A stretch of DNA of 48,905 nucleotides from assembly GCA_003551905.1 (NCBI GenBank), contig PUNT01000198.1, positions 1 through 48,905 on the forward strand, given 5' to 3'. The position numbers were made by a program, and so were the translations under genes. The notes below the pieces were generated by a model, which was not told the origin of the DNA, did not search any database, and worked only from the letters and a program-made list of their open reading frames with translations. Below are positions 9,751-18,148 of the stretch, in pieces. Source of the DNA: Halanaerobiales bacterium (GTDB taxonomy: Bacteria > Bacillota > Halanaerobiia > B1SED10-174). Numbering within the stretch: the stretch's first letter is position 1; each line of letters opens with the position of its first letter.

Positions 9751-11293
9751 AAACTATCTTACCATTTACTATGGTCCCAATAGCTTTTGCTTCATCTATT
9801 AAATTAGGACTGGCCATGAAATCTGGAAAAAAGATAGACAGATCAGCAAGCTTGCCCGGAGCAATAGTCCCTTTTCCCGTCTCTTCTCCAGCAGCATAAA
9901 CCGGACCCCATGTATAACCTCGCACAGCTTCATAAACTGTTAAAGCCTCCTGCATATTTTTCCCCATCCTAAACACAGCATACTTAATACCCTGCAGGGG
10001 GTCAATTGTTTCGATGGGGGCATCAGAACCCAGAACAAGCTCTGAACCTTCCTCTATCATACTCTTACAGGCAAATGCATAGCGACCTCTTTCCTCCCCC
10101 CAATAGTTATCTATGAGCTCCTGATCCACTTTAAGGTGAACTGTTTGCATGGAGGGAATAACATTAAGGATGGCAAAACTCTTTATATCATCAGGAGCAA
10201 CCAGCTGGGCATGCTCAATTCTATGCCGCAAATTTTCAGTTTTTGTTTGTTCTTTGATTTTTGCCAACCCATTGAGAGCAATCCTGTTTGCTCCATCTCC
10301 GATAGCATGGATAGCCAGAGGGAATCCAGCATCAACAACAGAACCAGCTAAGGAGTAAAATTCTCCAGGGTCTTTTATCAGTATTCCCTTCTCCAGTTCA
10401 TTCAGCTGTTGGTAGTATGGCTCCAACATAGCAGCAGTTTGGGAACCTAGTGCACCATCCAGAAAAATTTTAATTGGACCAATTCTCAAAAAGGAATCGC
10501 CAAACCCAGATGTCAGTCCTATTTCCTGAACAAATTTCAGGCTATCCTCCGGAATACCACAAAAGAACCGTATCAACAGTTGCCCCTGCTTATGCAGGTC
10601 ACATAACCCTCTGAGAGAAGATTTGCCTTCAAAACTATGTACACCAGTTAATCCATAACTCACAGCTTTTCTCATACCCTGCTTCAATGCTTCTAGGCAT
10701 TCATCAATAGCAGGAGGAGGTACTTTATTAAAAACTAGCTCGCAAGCTTTTTCCTTCAAGATACCCGATGGATTACCATTATCTTCTCTCTCAATTTTAC
10801 CGCCAGGTGGGTCACTACAACTGGCATCTATACCGGCCAGCTCTAAAGCTTTGCTGTTAGCCCAAAGGGAATGACCGTCTTTACTGCTCAATGCTGCTGG
10901 AACGTCAGCAGTTATTGAATCCAGTTGCTGTCGATCTGGCCAGCCTTCCTTCCATTGATTTTTATCCCAGCCACCACCAAGAAGCCATTTCCCTGTTCTG
11001 TTCTTCAATCCTTCTTTGATCTTTTCCAGTGCAGAATCCAGAGTATAGCAGTCACTCAGGTCCACCTGTGTTTCCCGGAGAGAAAACTGCAGGAAGTGTG
11101 TATGACCATCTATTAATCCAGGAAATACTGCTGCACCCTTTAGATCCCACATATCCACATCACCTTTCGCCTGCCTGCAGAGATCACCATAACTACCAAC
11201 AGCTTTTATTCTATCCTCCTGAATAAGGACAGCTTCATGAACATTACCCGGTGATTCCATTGTATAAACATTGCCATTGTATAATAATTGCAG
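9740..11293 (-). CDS. Amidohydrolase 3 (YtcJ-like) metallo-amidohydrolase
   Basis: PGLIDGHTH, KIFLDG, IHAIGD, RHRIEHAQ, GSDAP and GKLAD. Start placed at CTG 11293 behind AAGGAGG; the ORF track uses ATG 11329. Confidence 0.88.
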   Translation of the reverse strand: MQLLYNGNVYTMESPGNVHEAVLIQEDRIKAVGSYGDLCRQAKGDVDMWDLKGAAVFPGLIDGHTHFLQFSLRETQVDLSDCYTLDSALEKIKEGLKNRTGKWLLGGGWDKNQWKEGWPDRQQLDSITADVPAALSSKDGHSLWANSKALELAGIDASCSDPPGGKIEREDNGNPSGILKEKACELVFNKVPPPAIDECLEALKQGMRKAVSYGLTGVHSFEGKSSLRGLCDLHKQGQLLIRFFCGIPEDSLKFVQEIGLTSGFGDSFLRIGPIKIFLDGALGSQTAAMLEPYYQQLNELEKGILIKDPGEFYSLAGSVVDAGFPLAIHAIGDGANRIALNGLAKIKEQTKTENLRHRIEHAQLVAPDDIKSFAILNVIPSMQTVHLKVDQELIDNYWGEERGRYAFACKSMIEEGSELVLGSDAPIETIDPLQGIKYAVFRMGKNMQEALTVYEAVRGYTWGPVYAAGEETGKGTIAPGKLADLSIFFPDFMASPNLIDEAKAIGTIVNGKIVFRC

Positions 11294-11744
11294 AGGTATC
11301 GCCTCCTTGCTTATAAATTCTTGCTTCATCTAGCTTATTACCCTCCTGATCCAGAAATATAAACCTGGGATTAGGCAAGAGCAAGTCATTTTTTTCAATA
11401 GCTATAGCCGTGGCCGGATAGGTTACCACTTGAATTATAATATCTTCAGGAGAAGGATCGGTAAATTTAATCGTAATGTGAATTCGCCCAGGAATAATCT
11501 CTTCTACCTTTATTGCTTCAACCGAGTACCCACCGGTATTTTTTTCGCCCCTGTGGACAACAATTACTATTTTATCAGCTTTCTCTAGAAGGCTGTAATA
11601 TGGTTTTTCTACCTGCTGAGGCATTTCTGGGGGAATTTCTGTTACTTCAAAGTGAATCTGTCGTGGCAAACAGCTAAAAGCAAAAAATATAACTAGTAGC
11701 ATAGACAATAATATAGCCCCCAGATGCCTCCTGCACTTCGTCAA
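11244..11744 (-). CDS. PrcB_C-domain (protease complex subunit PrcB family) lipoprotein
   Basis: Signal peptide with FAFSC lipobox; signature RGEKNTGGYSV...PSPEDIIIQVVTYP. Confidence 0.75.
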   Translation of the reverse strand: MTKCRRHLGAILLSMLLVIFFAFSCLPRQIHFEVTEIPPEMPQQVEKPYYSLLEKADKIVIVVHRGEKNTGGYSVEAIKVEEIIPGRIHITIKFTDPSPEDIIIQVVTYPATAIAIEKNDLLLPNPRFIFLDQEGNKLDEARIYKQGGDTSAIIIQWQCLYNGITG

Positions 11745-11750
11745 ATATAC

Positions 11751-12755
11751 TCACTCCTGAAATAATTGGCTATTTCCAGCAACCTTTACAGCCAGCTTGA
11801 TGGTATTCTCTACATCCTCCAGAGCAACAACTTCTGAATAACTGTGAACATATCGACAGGGCAAAGAAAGGCAACCAGCAGGAATTCCCTCCCTGGCCAG
11901 ATTTATGGCTCCAGCATCAGTCCCACCCCTCTCCAGGACCTCTAGCTGGTACTTAATATTTTCCCTCTCAGCTGTATCAATTATTAGTTTTTTTACCTTC
12001 TGGCTGGTTATCAATGAACTGTCCTTGATTTTAATAGCAACACCTTTACCAAGGGCAACATCCATCCTCTTGGCTCCTGGAGTATCTCCGGTTCTTGTGA
12101 CATCAACAGCTATGCCTAGATCAGGATTTATGCTGTAGGCAGAAGTTCTTCCACCTCGCAATCCTACTTCTTCCTGTACAGTAAAAACCAAAAATATATC
12201 ATTATCTACCTCTCCAACCTGCTTAGCTGTTTCAATCAAAACAGCACATCCTATACGGTCATCAATGGCTTTTCCCATTATCCTGCCATCAATAAATTGT
12301 GTTTTTTGATCATACACTGCTATATCTCCCAGTGATACAATTTTTTTACTCTCTTCTTCACTACTGCTGCCAATATCCATGTACATCTTCTCCAGTTTCA
12401 AATCTTTCATGCTATCCAGATGCTCATGGCTTACCATGCCCTTTTGTCCTGATTGCAACTTGATCCTGGCTCCTACCAGATTATAGGGATTGATGCCCCC
12501 TATATTGGTAAAACGGAGAAAACCTTCTTTCTCTATATGAGTAACCATTAAGCCAATTTCATCTGCATGAGCAGCAAACATTATTTTTTTTCTATCATTA
12601 CCTTTACCCTGTTTAAGTGCCACCAAATTTCCCATTTTATCAATCTTCAAATCATCTACATAATCTTTAATCTCTTCTTTTATCATATTCATTACATCAT
12701 TCTCATAACCTGAGGGACCATATGCTTCAGTAAGTTTTTTAATCAATTCTTTCAA
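11751..12755 (-). CDS. M42 family metallo-aminopeptidase (third gene of the tandem in transcription order)
   Basis: AHADEIG, AIDDRIG, QEEVG, VDVT, GGTDA and YVHS; TTG start at 12755 after AAAGGAGG. Confidence 0.92.
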   Translation of the reverse strand: MKELIKKLTEAYGPSGYENDVMNMIKEEIKDYVDDLKIDKMGNLVALKQGKGNDRKKIMFAAHADEIGLMVTHIEKEGFLRFTNIGGINPYNLVGARIKLQSGQKGMVSHEHLDSMKDLKLEKMYMDIGSSSEEESKKIVSLGDIAVYDQKTQFIDGRIMGKAIDDRIGCAVLIETAKQVGEVDNDIFLVFTVQEEVGLRGGRTSAYSINPDLGIAVDVTRTGDTPGAKRMDVALGKGVAIKIKDSSLITSQKVKKLIIDTAERENIKYQLEVLERGGTDAGAINLAREGIPAGCLSLPCRYVHSYSEVVALEDVENTIKLAVKVAGNSQLFQE

Positions 12756-13773
12756 AGGGAAAACCTCCTTTGCCAATATCATATAAAATAGCTTTCATCC
12801 ATTTCACCATATTGTTATAGTCTTCAATATTGAGCATTGAAACTGGACTGTGTATATACCTACAGGGTAGAGAAAAACCGGCAGCTGGTATACCACTTTT
12901 AGTCTGATATATACGGCCTGTATCGGTTCCTCCTACATTTGTCCGCCGTAGCTGATAAGGGATATTTTCTCTTTCCGCAATATCCATTACATATTTATTT
13001 ATCCTGGGATTACTTAAGAATGACCTGTCAGCCATGGTTAGGGCAGGACCCTTACCCATTGAAGTAGAATAACGGTGCTCCACACATTCCGGCACATCTG
13101 ATGCTGTTGTCCCCTCCAGGACAAAAGCAATGTCAGGATTTACTCGAAAAGCAGCTACACCTGCACCTCGCGACCCAACTTCTTCTTGCACTGTAAAACA
13201 GCCACAGATACCAACAGGTAAATCTTCTTTGAGGATCTCAATAATTGCTGCACAACCAGCACGATCATCAAAGGCTTTACCCTGCAGAACACCGGGTTTT
13301 AATGGAACTGTGGCAGTATCAAAGGCTACATAATCACCAACATTTACTTCTCTACTGGCTTGCTCCTGGTTTTCTGCTCCTATATCGATGAATAATTCTT
13401 TGCTAGGAAATGGTTTTTCCCTTTTATGTTTTTCCTGCATGTGAATGGGTTTACTGCCAATTACCCCATTAATTTTTTCTTTACCAACAAGGACCTTTTT
13501 ACCTACTAACACCCTGGGATCTATACCTCCCACCGGAGAAAAACTTAAAAGCCCTTCATTATCTATACCCATTACCATCAGCCCAACTTCATCCATATGG
13601 GCTGCCAGCATAACAAGGGGTCTCCCATTCTTCCTCTTCCAGGCAAAAAGGTTGCCCATATAATCCCCGTTTACCTCATCTACGTATCCTTCCACCTCAC
13701 CCCTTATCAGCTGCCGCACCTCTCCCTCTCTACCTGATACTCCACAAGCTTCTGTCAGTATTTTTATAAGCAC
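12739..13773 (-). CDS. M42 family metallo-aminopeptidase (second gene of the tandem)
   Basis: AHMDEVG, AFDDRAG, QEEVG, LEGT, GGTDT and YIHS. Confidence 0.92.
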   Translation of the reverse strand: MLIKILTEACGVSGREGEVRQLIRGEVEGYVDEVNGDYMGNLFAWKRKNGRPLVMLAAHMDEVGLMVMGIDNEGLLSFSPVGGIDPRVLVGKKVLVGKEKINGVIGSKPIHMQEKHKREKPFPSKELFIDIGAENQEQASREVNVGDYVAFDTATVPLKPGVLQGKAFDDRAGCAAIIEILKEDLPVGICGCFTVQEEVGSRGAGVAAFRVNPDIAFVLEGTTASDVPECVEHRYSTSMGKGPALTMADRSFLSNPRINKYVMDIAERENIPYQLRRTNVGGTDTGRIYQTKSGIPAAGFSLPCRYIHSPVSMLNIEDYNNMVKWMKAILYDIGKGGFPFERID

Positions 13774-14822
13774 GGCAACCCCTCCAAAAATTTTTCGTCA
13801 GCTTCAGCACAAAAAGATGCTAAAAGTCGTCCAGTCCGTTTGATATCTTTAATATTAATAGTTTCTACTGGTGTGTGCATGTAAGCCAGTGGAATAGAAA
13901 TAAGGCCTGTTGCAACTCCACATCTACTCATCTGAATAGCATAAGTATCTGTCCCTGATGGGAAGGGTACAGGTTCTAACTGATAAGGAATCTCGTCTCT
14001 CTCCCCAATCTCCTTTAATTTATTGAAAATCTGGGGGTGAACATGTGGCCCCCAGCTGATTCCTGGGCCAGCACCACTCTGCAATGTCCTTTCTTTCTCC
14101 AAACCTTTCCTGCGAGCAAAACCTACATCTATGGCAATACCCACTGCAGGATTTATATGGTAACTCCCGGTTATTGCACCTCGGAGCCCTACTTCTTCCT
14201 GAACTGTTGCAACAGCAATCACATCAAAATCATGAGATCTATTCCCGAGTTCTTTTAAAAGGATACTTAAAGCAGCAACACCTGCCCTGTCATCTAATGC
14301 CTTGCCTGCACAGATGTTTTCTTTTAACCAGGTAAGTTCCTGGTAAAAAGAAATGAAATCGCCTACCTGTATAATTTCATTTAGTTCCTCCTGAGAACGA
14401 CCACAGTCAATAAAGAGCTTTTCCATCTTTATAGCCTGCTCTCTCTCCTTAGCATCCTGAACATGAGGAGGTTTTGCTCCAATTATTCCCCTAATCTTTT
14501 CTCGACCTTTGATGACCACTTCCTGGCCGGGAAGGGTCCGGGGATCAATCCCTCCTAGAGGTTCAAAACGAATAAACCCTCCATCTTCTGCCTTGCTGAC
14601 CAAAAAGCCTATTTCATCCATATGAGCAGCAAACATTAAGGGAGGGGCCTCACTTTTTTTCTTCCCCTCCTTTCTGGCAATAACATTGCCAAGCTTATCA
14701 ACATAGACATCATCAGCAAGTGTTCTAAATGCCTCCTGGATAATTTCACCTACTTCTTCTTCATTACCTGAAACTCCAGTTGCTTCACTTATACGGGTGA
14801 TAAAATCTTTAAGCTCCATCAT
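13764..14822 (-). CDS. M42 family metallo-aminopeptidase (first gene of the tandem)
   Basis: AHMDEIG, ALDDRAG, QEEVG, IDVG, SGTDT and YMHT. Confidence 0.92.
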   Translation of the reverse strand: MMELKDFITRISEATGVSGNEEEVGEIIQEAFRTLADDVYVDKLGNVIARKEGKKKSEAPPLMFAAHMDEIGFLVSKAEDGGFIRFEPLGGIDPRTLPGQEVVIKGREKIRGIIGAKPPHVQDAKEREQAIKMEKLFIDCGRSQEELNEIIQVGDFISFYQELTWLKENICAGKALDDRAGVAALSILLKELGNRSHDFDVIAVATVQEEVGLRGAITGSYHINPAVGIAIDVGFARRKGLEKERTLQSGAGPGISWGPHVHPQIFNKLKEIGERDEIPYQLEPVPFPSGTDTYAIQMSRCGVATGLISIPLAYMHTPVETINIKDIKRTGRLLASFCAEADEKFLEGLPCL

Positions 14823-14873
14823 CCTCTCCTTTCTACAAGCAGGCTTTATTTATTCTTTCTTTAAAAAAGTTCG

Positions 14874-14891
14874 AGTCCCTTCTCAGGGACT
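14874..14891 (-). terminator. Stem-loop downstream of the LysM/M23 gene
   Basis: AGTCCCT-TCTC-AGGGACT; on the minus strand a T-run follows after a few bases. Confidence 0.5.
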
Positions 14892-14913
14892 CAGATTAGT
14901 TACTATAATTTTA

Positions 14914-15690
14914 TTATTGATGCAGAAAGTCCATTGGATCCTGTGGCACACCATTCTTTCTAACTTCAAAATGCAGATGAGGACCAGTAGCATTGCCAGT
15001 AGTACCCATAAAAGCAATAATTTGCCCCTGAAAAACCACATCACCCTCTTTAACGTTATTTTTGAGATTGTGAGCGTAATAGGTCAGATATTCCTTGGAA
15101 TGATCTATAATTATCAGCTTTCCATAACCTGATGCGGTCCCACAAAAAATTACTTCCCCACATTCAGCTGCCATAATTGGAGTCCCGATTTCATTGGCCA
15201 CATCAATTCCAAAATGAAAATTATCACCTCTTTTTCCAAAGTATGAAGAAATCCAGCCTTCTGCTGGCCAGATAAAATTAGGCTCACTATCTTCCTGTAT
15301 ATTCACCGGATTGTTGGAGGGAATCACTATTTTCTGTCCTGGATAAATCAGATCAGGGTTTTTGATCTGATTTATCCTGATGATCTCTGCAAGACTTATC
15401 TGGTATCCCTTGGCAATATGGGATAGGGTTTCACCTCTCCCAACAACATGAGTTTGGTTTTCTTTTTTTTGATTGGGAATTACGACCTGCTGCCCTATAA
15501 GAATACAGTCAGGGTTTTTAATATTATTTGCAGCCATGATTTCCTGTACTGAAACCTGAAAGTTTCTGGCGATATGTATAAGCGTATCTCCTTTTCTAAT
15601 TGTATAGTAATCATGAGCGGAAACATAATTTATGGGATATAATAGCAGGGCTAATAGCAGCACAAAATAATAAAAAATATTTTTGGCCAT
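14914..15690 (-). CDS. Secreted 2xLysM + M23 peptidoglycan endopeptidase
   Basis: Signal peptide, two LysM repeats (YTIRKGDTL, HVVGRGETL), M23 motifs HFGID, YAH and GPHLHFE. Start set at ATG 15690 after AAAGGA. Confidence 0.9.
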   Translation of the reverse strand: MAKNIFYYFVLLLALLLYPINYVSAHDYYTIRKGDTLIHIARNFQVSVQEIMAANNIKNPDCILIGQQVVIPNQKKENQTHVVGRGETLSHIAKGYQISLAEIIRINQIKNPDLIYPGQKIVIPSNNPVNIQEDSEPNFIWPAEGWISSYFGKRGDNFHFGIDVANEIGTPIMAAECGEVIFCGTASGYGKLIIIDHSKEYLTYYAHNLKNNVKEGDVVFQGQIIAFMGTTGNATGPHLHFEVRKNGVPQDPMDFLHQ

Positions 15691-15757
15691 TTCGGTCATC
15701 CTTTCCAATTATTCTCTTTTTAGGATGCACCGATTATCGCCATATTATACACATCAC

Positions 15758-16891
15758 CTAGCGAAATAAAAGCCTGCCCAGAATAGGGCGGTATATTTTA
15801 ATAGCTTTATGTGGGCAAAATTCTTGACAACAAAAACATCTTATGCATTCCTTTAAATCAACCCGGGGTTGGCCTTCCTCGGCATCACTGATAACCTTTG
15901 TCGGGCATTGCCGCTGACATATACCACAGGCGACACATTTTTCATGAACAAATTCTGGCCTTGGTTGAAGTAAATTCAATATCTTCTCTCGCAAACGTGG
16001 TGAAACAAAAGAGTCCAGCCTTGTAGCATCAATACGACCAGGAGGAATACTAAATGACTCATCCTTCAAATCCCCTAAAACCTCGATTTCATCTCTGCTG
16101 GCAGGCAATCCTAACTCCCTTGCTGCTCTGATAGTTGGCACTTCCACTGGCTCTATGCCCATCATTATTGCCAGAATAACATCAATAGCAAAAACATTTT
16201 GCGATAAAATAACTTTACCTATTTTACGCACAGTACCACTGGAAGGACCACTCCCTTCCATGGCTTCTATAGCATCTACTACAGTTAAACCTGGTTCTAT
16301 AAAGCGGGCAATATCAACTAACAACCGGGAAAAGACATCAGTATTCTGCATTTTAAGATGATACTCCACCTTTAATAGTCCGGGAATAATTCCAAACAGG
16401 TTTTTGACTCCACCTGTAAGCTTCACCAGACCATGGGTTTTCATTTTTGGCACATTAACCACAAGGTCTCCTTCACCAATAAAAGAAGCAACAGGTAGAT
16501 TCTTAACTACCCTGCCTTGTGGGAAACTTAATTGTTCATGGTTAATATTATAGTTCAAAGTAGCACCTGAATCATTTGCTGCTTTTCTCATTCCTGTACC
16601 CTGATAAACACTTTTCAAATAAGTCCTGTTGAAAGGCCCTCCCGGTGAGTCGCCAATAATAGCCTGTCCACCAGACTCTTTGACCTTTTCAGCCAGAACC
16701 TGCAATATTTCAGGACGAGTTGTAACTCCTGCATCTGGAGCCTTGTTCATAAGAAGGTTGGGTTTCAAAATTACTTCCCTGGAAAAAAAAGTTCCCTCTA
16801 TTCCCAAGAGGGAAAGCCCTTTCTCAATTGCTTCCTTAACCTGGTCTAATTCATAACTTTCACAATCAACAATAGCTACCCGTGGTTTCAT
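15758..16891 (-). CDS. DUF362-domain protein with C-terminal 2x[4Fe-4S] ferredoxin
   Basis: ILKPNLL, PKMKTH, GGVKNLFG and AMEGSGP; Cys motifs CVACGICQRQCP and CIRCFCCQEFCP. Confidence 0.9.
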   Translation of the reverse strand: MKPRVAIVDCESYELDQVKEAIEKGLSLLGIEGTFFSREVILKPNLLMNKAPDAGVTTRPEILQVLAEKVKESGGQAIIGDSPGGPFNRTYLKSVYQGTGMRKAANDSGATLNYNINHEQLSFPQGRVVKNLPVASFIGEGDLVVNVPKMKTHGLVKLTGGVKNLFGIIPGLLKVEYHLKMQNTDVFSRLLVDIARFIEPGLTVVDAIEAMEGSGPSSGTVRKIGKVILSQNVFAIDVILAIMMGIEPVEVPTIRAARELGLPASRDEIEVLGDLKDESFSIPPGRIDATRLDSFVSPRLREKILNLLQPRPEFVHEKCVACGICQRQCPTKVISDAEEGQPRVDLKECIRCFCCQEFCPHKAIKIYRPILGRLLFR

Positions 16892-16927
16892 TGCGATCCT
16901 CCTTGAAGCCTAAGAACTCTATACAAA

Positions 16928-17971
16928 TTAACGGGGAATAAGATACTTTATTGGGTCTACCACTCTATTATTTTCTCTAACTTCAAAATGCAAATGTGGG
17001 CCACTGCTAACGCCAGTGTTACCGCTGAGGGCAATAACCTGGCCAGTTACCACAAAGGCGCCTGCCCGCACCAAAAGTGAATCATTGTGGCCGTATAATG
17101 TAGATATTCCATCTCCATGATCAATGACTATAGTCAACCCGTATCCTCCCAGCCAGGCACTGGTTGTTACCACTCCTGATGCAGCAGCTCTTATCTTGGT
17201 TCCCCGGGTGAGTGCTATATCTATCCCTGAATGAAACTGACGATTACCGTATATAGGATGAATACGATAGCCAAAAGGAGAACTTATTCTTCCTGTTGCC
17301 GGCCAGATCATCTCTCCCTTGCCTATGGATTTAAAACCTGAATAATCGTTCCGGGGAATTCTAATAGTTTGTCCTTGATAAATAATATCACTTCTCAAAT
17401 TGTTCTCTTTTTTAATATCATCAATGCTAACCTGAAAACGATTGGCAATTATCCATAGAGAATCTCCTTTTTCCACCCGGTAATTGATCCTTTGAGCACG
17501 ATGATCAACATCGCTTCCTCCCATCCAGGAACGAGGTATAAATAATTTCTGTCCTGCGTAAATAAAATCATTATCCATGCCATTAGCCAGCTTTATGGCC
17601 GAAATAGTAGTATCAAATTTTCGAGCCAGACTGGTGAGAGTATCACCTGTAATTACTGTGTAGCTTAAAAAAGGATTGGCCTGACGAAGGTGGGTCCAGG
17701 TCTCTTCGCCAACAACACCATCTGTGGAAAGGGCAAAACTATCTTGAAATGCCCTAACAATTGTTTCTGTTTGGGCACCAAAATATCCGTCAACATCTAT
17801 ATTATAGCCCAGGTCATTTAAGAGCTGCTGCAATTCCCAAACAGCTTCTCCCCTCATTCCTTGACGTAGTAGAGGATGCTCATCCTGAGCCAAAGCAGGG
17901 AAATTAAAGATTATTGGTATTATAATAAGTAGTGCCAGAAAATATGGTATAGTTCTGCGTAGATATTTCAT
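16928..17971 (-). CDS. Secreted PG-binding + 2xLysM + M23 peptidase
   Basis: PG_binding_1 (LQQLL...VDGYFG...DGVVG), two LysM repeats, HSGID, YGH and GPHLHFE. Confidence 0.92.
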   Translation of the reverse strand: MKYLRRTIPYFLALLIIIPIIFNFPALAQDEHPLLRQGMRGEAVWELQQLLNDLGYNIDVDGYFGAQTETIVRAFQDSFALSTDGVVGEETWTHLRQANPFLSYTVITGDTLTSLARKFDTTISAIKLANGMDNDFIYAGQKLFIPRSWMGGSDVDHRAQRINYRVEKGDSLWIIANRFQVSIDDIKKENNLRSDIIYQGQTIRIPRNDYSGFKSIGKGEMIWPATGRISSPFGYRIHPIYGNRQFHSGIDIALTRGTKIRAAASGVVTTSAWLGGYGLTIVIDHGDGISTLYGHNDSLLVRAGAFVVTGQVIALSGNTGVSSGPHLHFEVRENNRVVDPIKYLIPR

Positions 17972-18148
17972 TATTTCCCTCCTACTATTCTTTTTTTATT
18001 CTCATATGCTATTTATTGGTAATAACCTGCCTGAAAAGTTATTTCTCAAAAAATGTTGTTTAATCATAATAATCCCTTAACACATTAATAATTTCGCTTC
18101 AGCTCATTGATTTACCTGCATACCTTTATATACTAATTTTACCATTTA

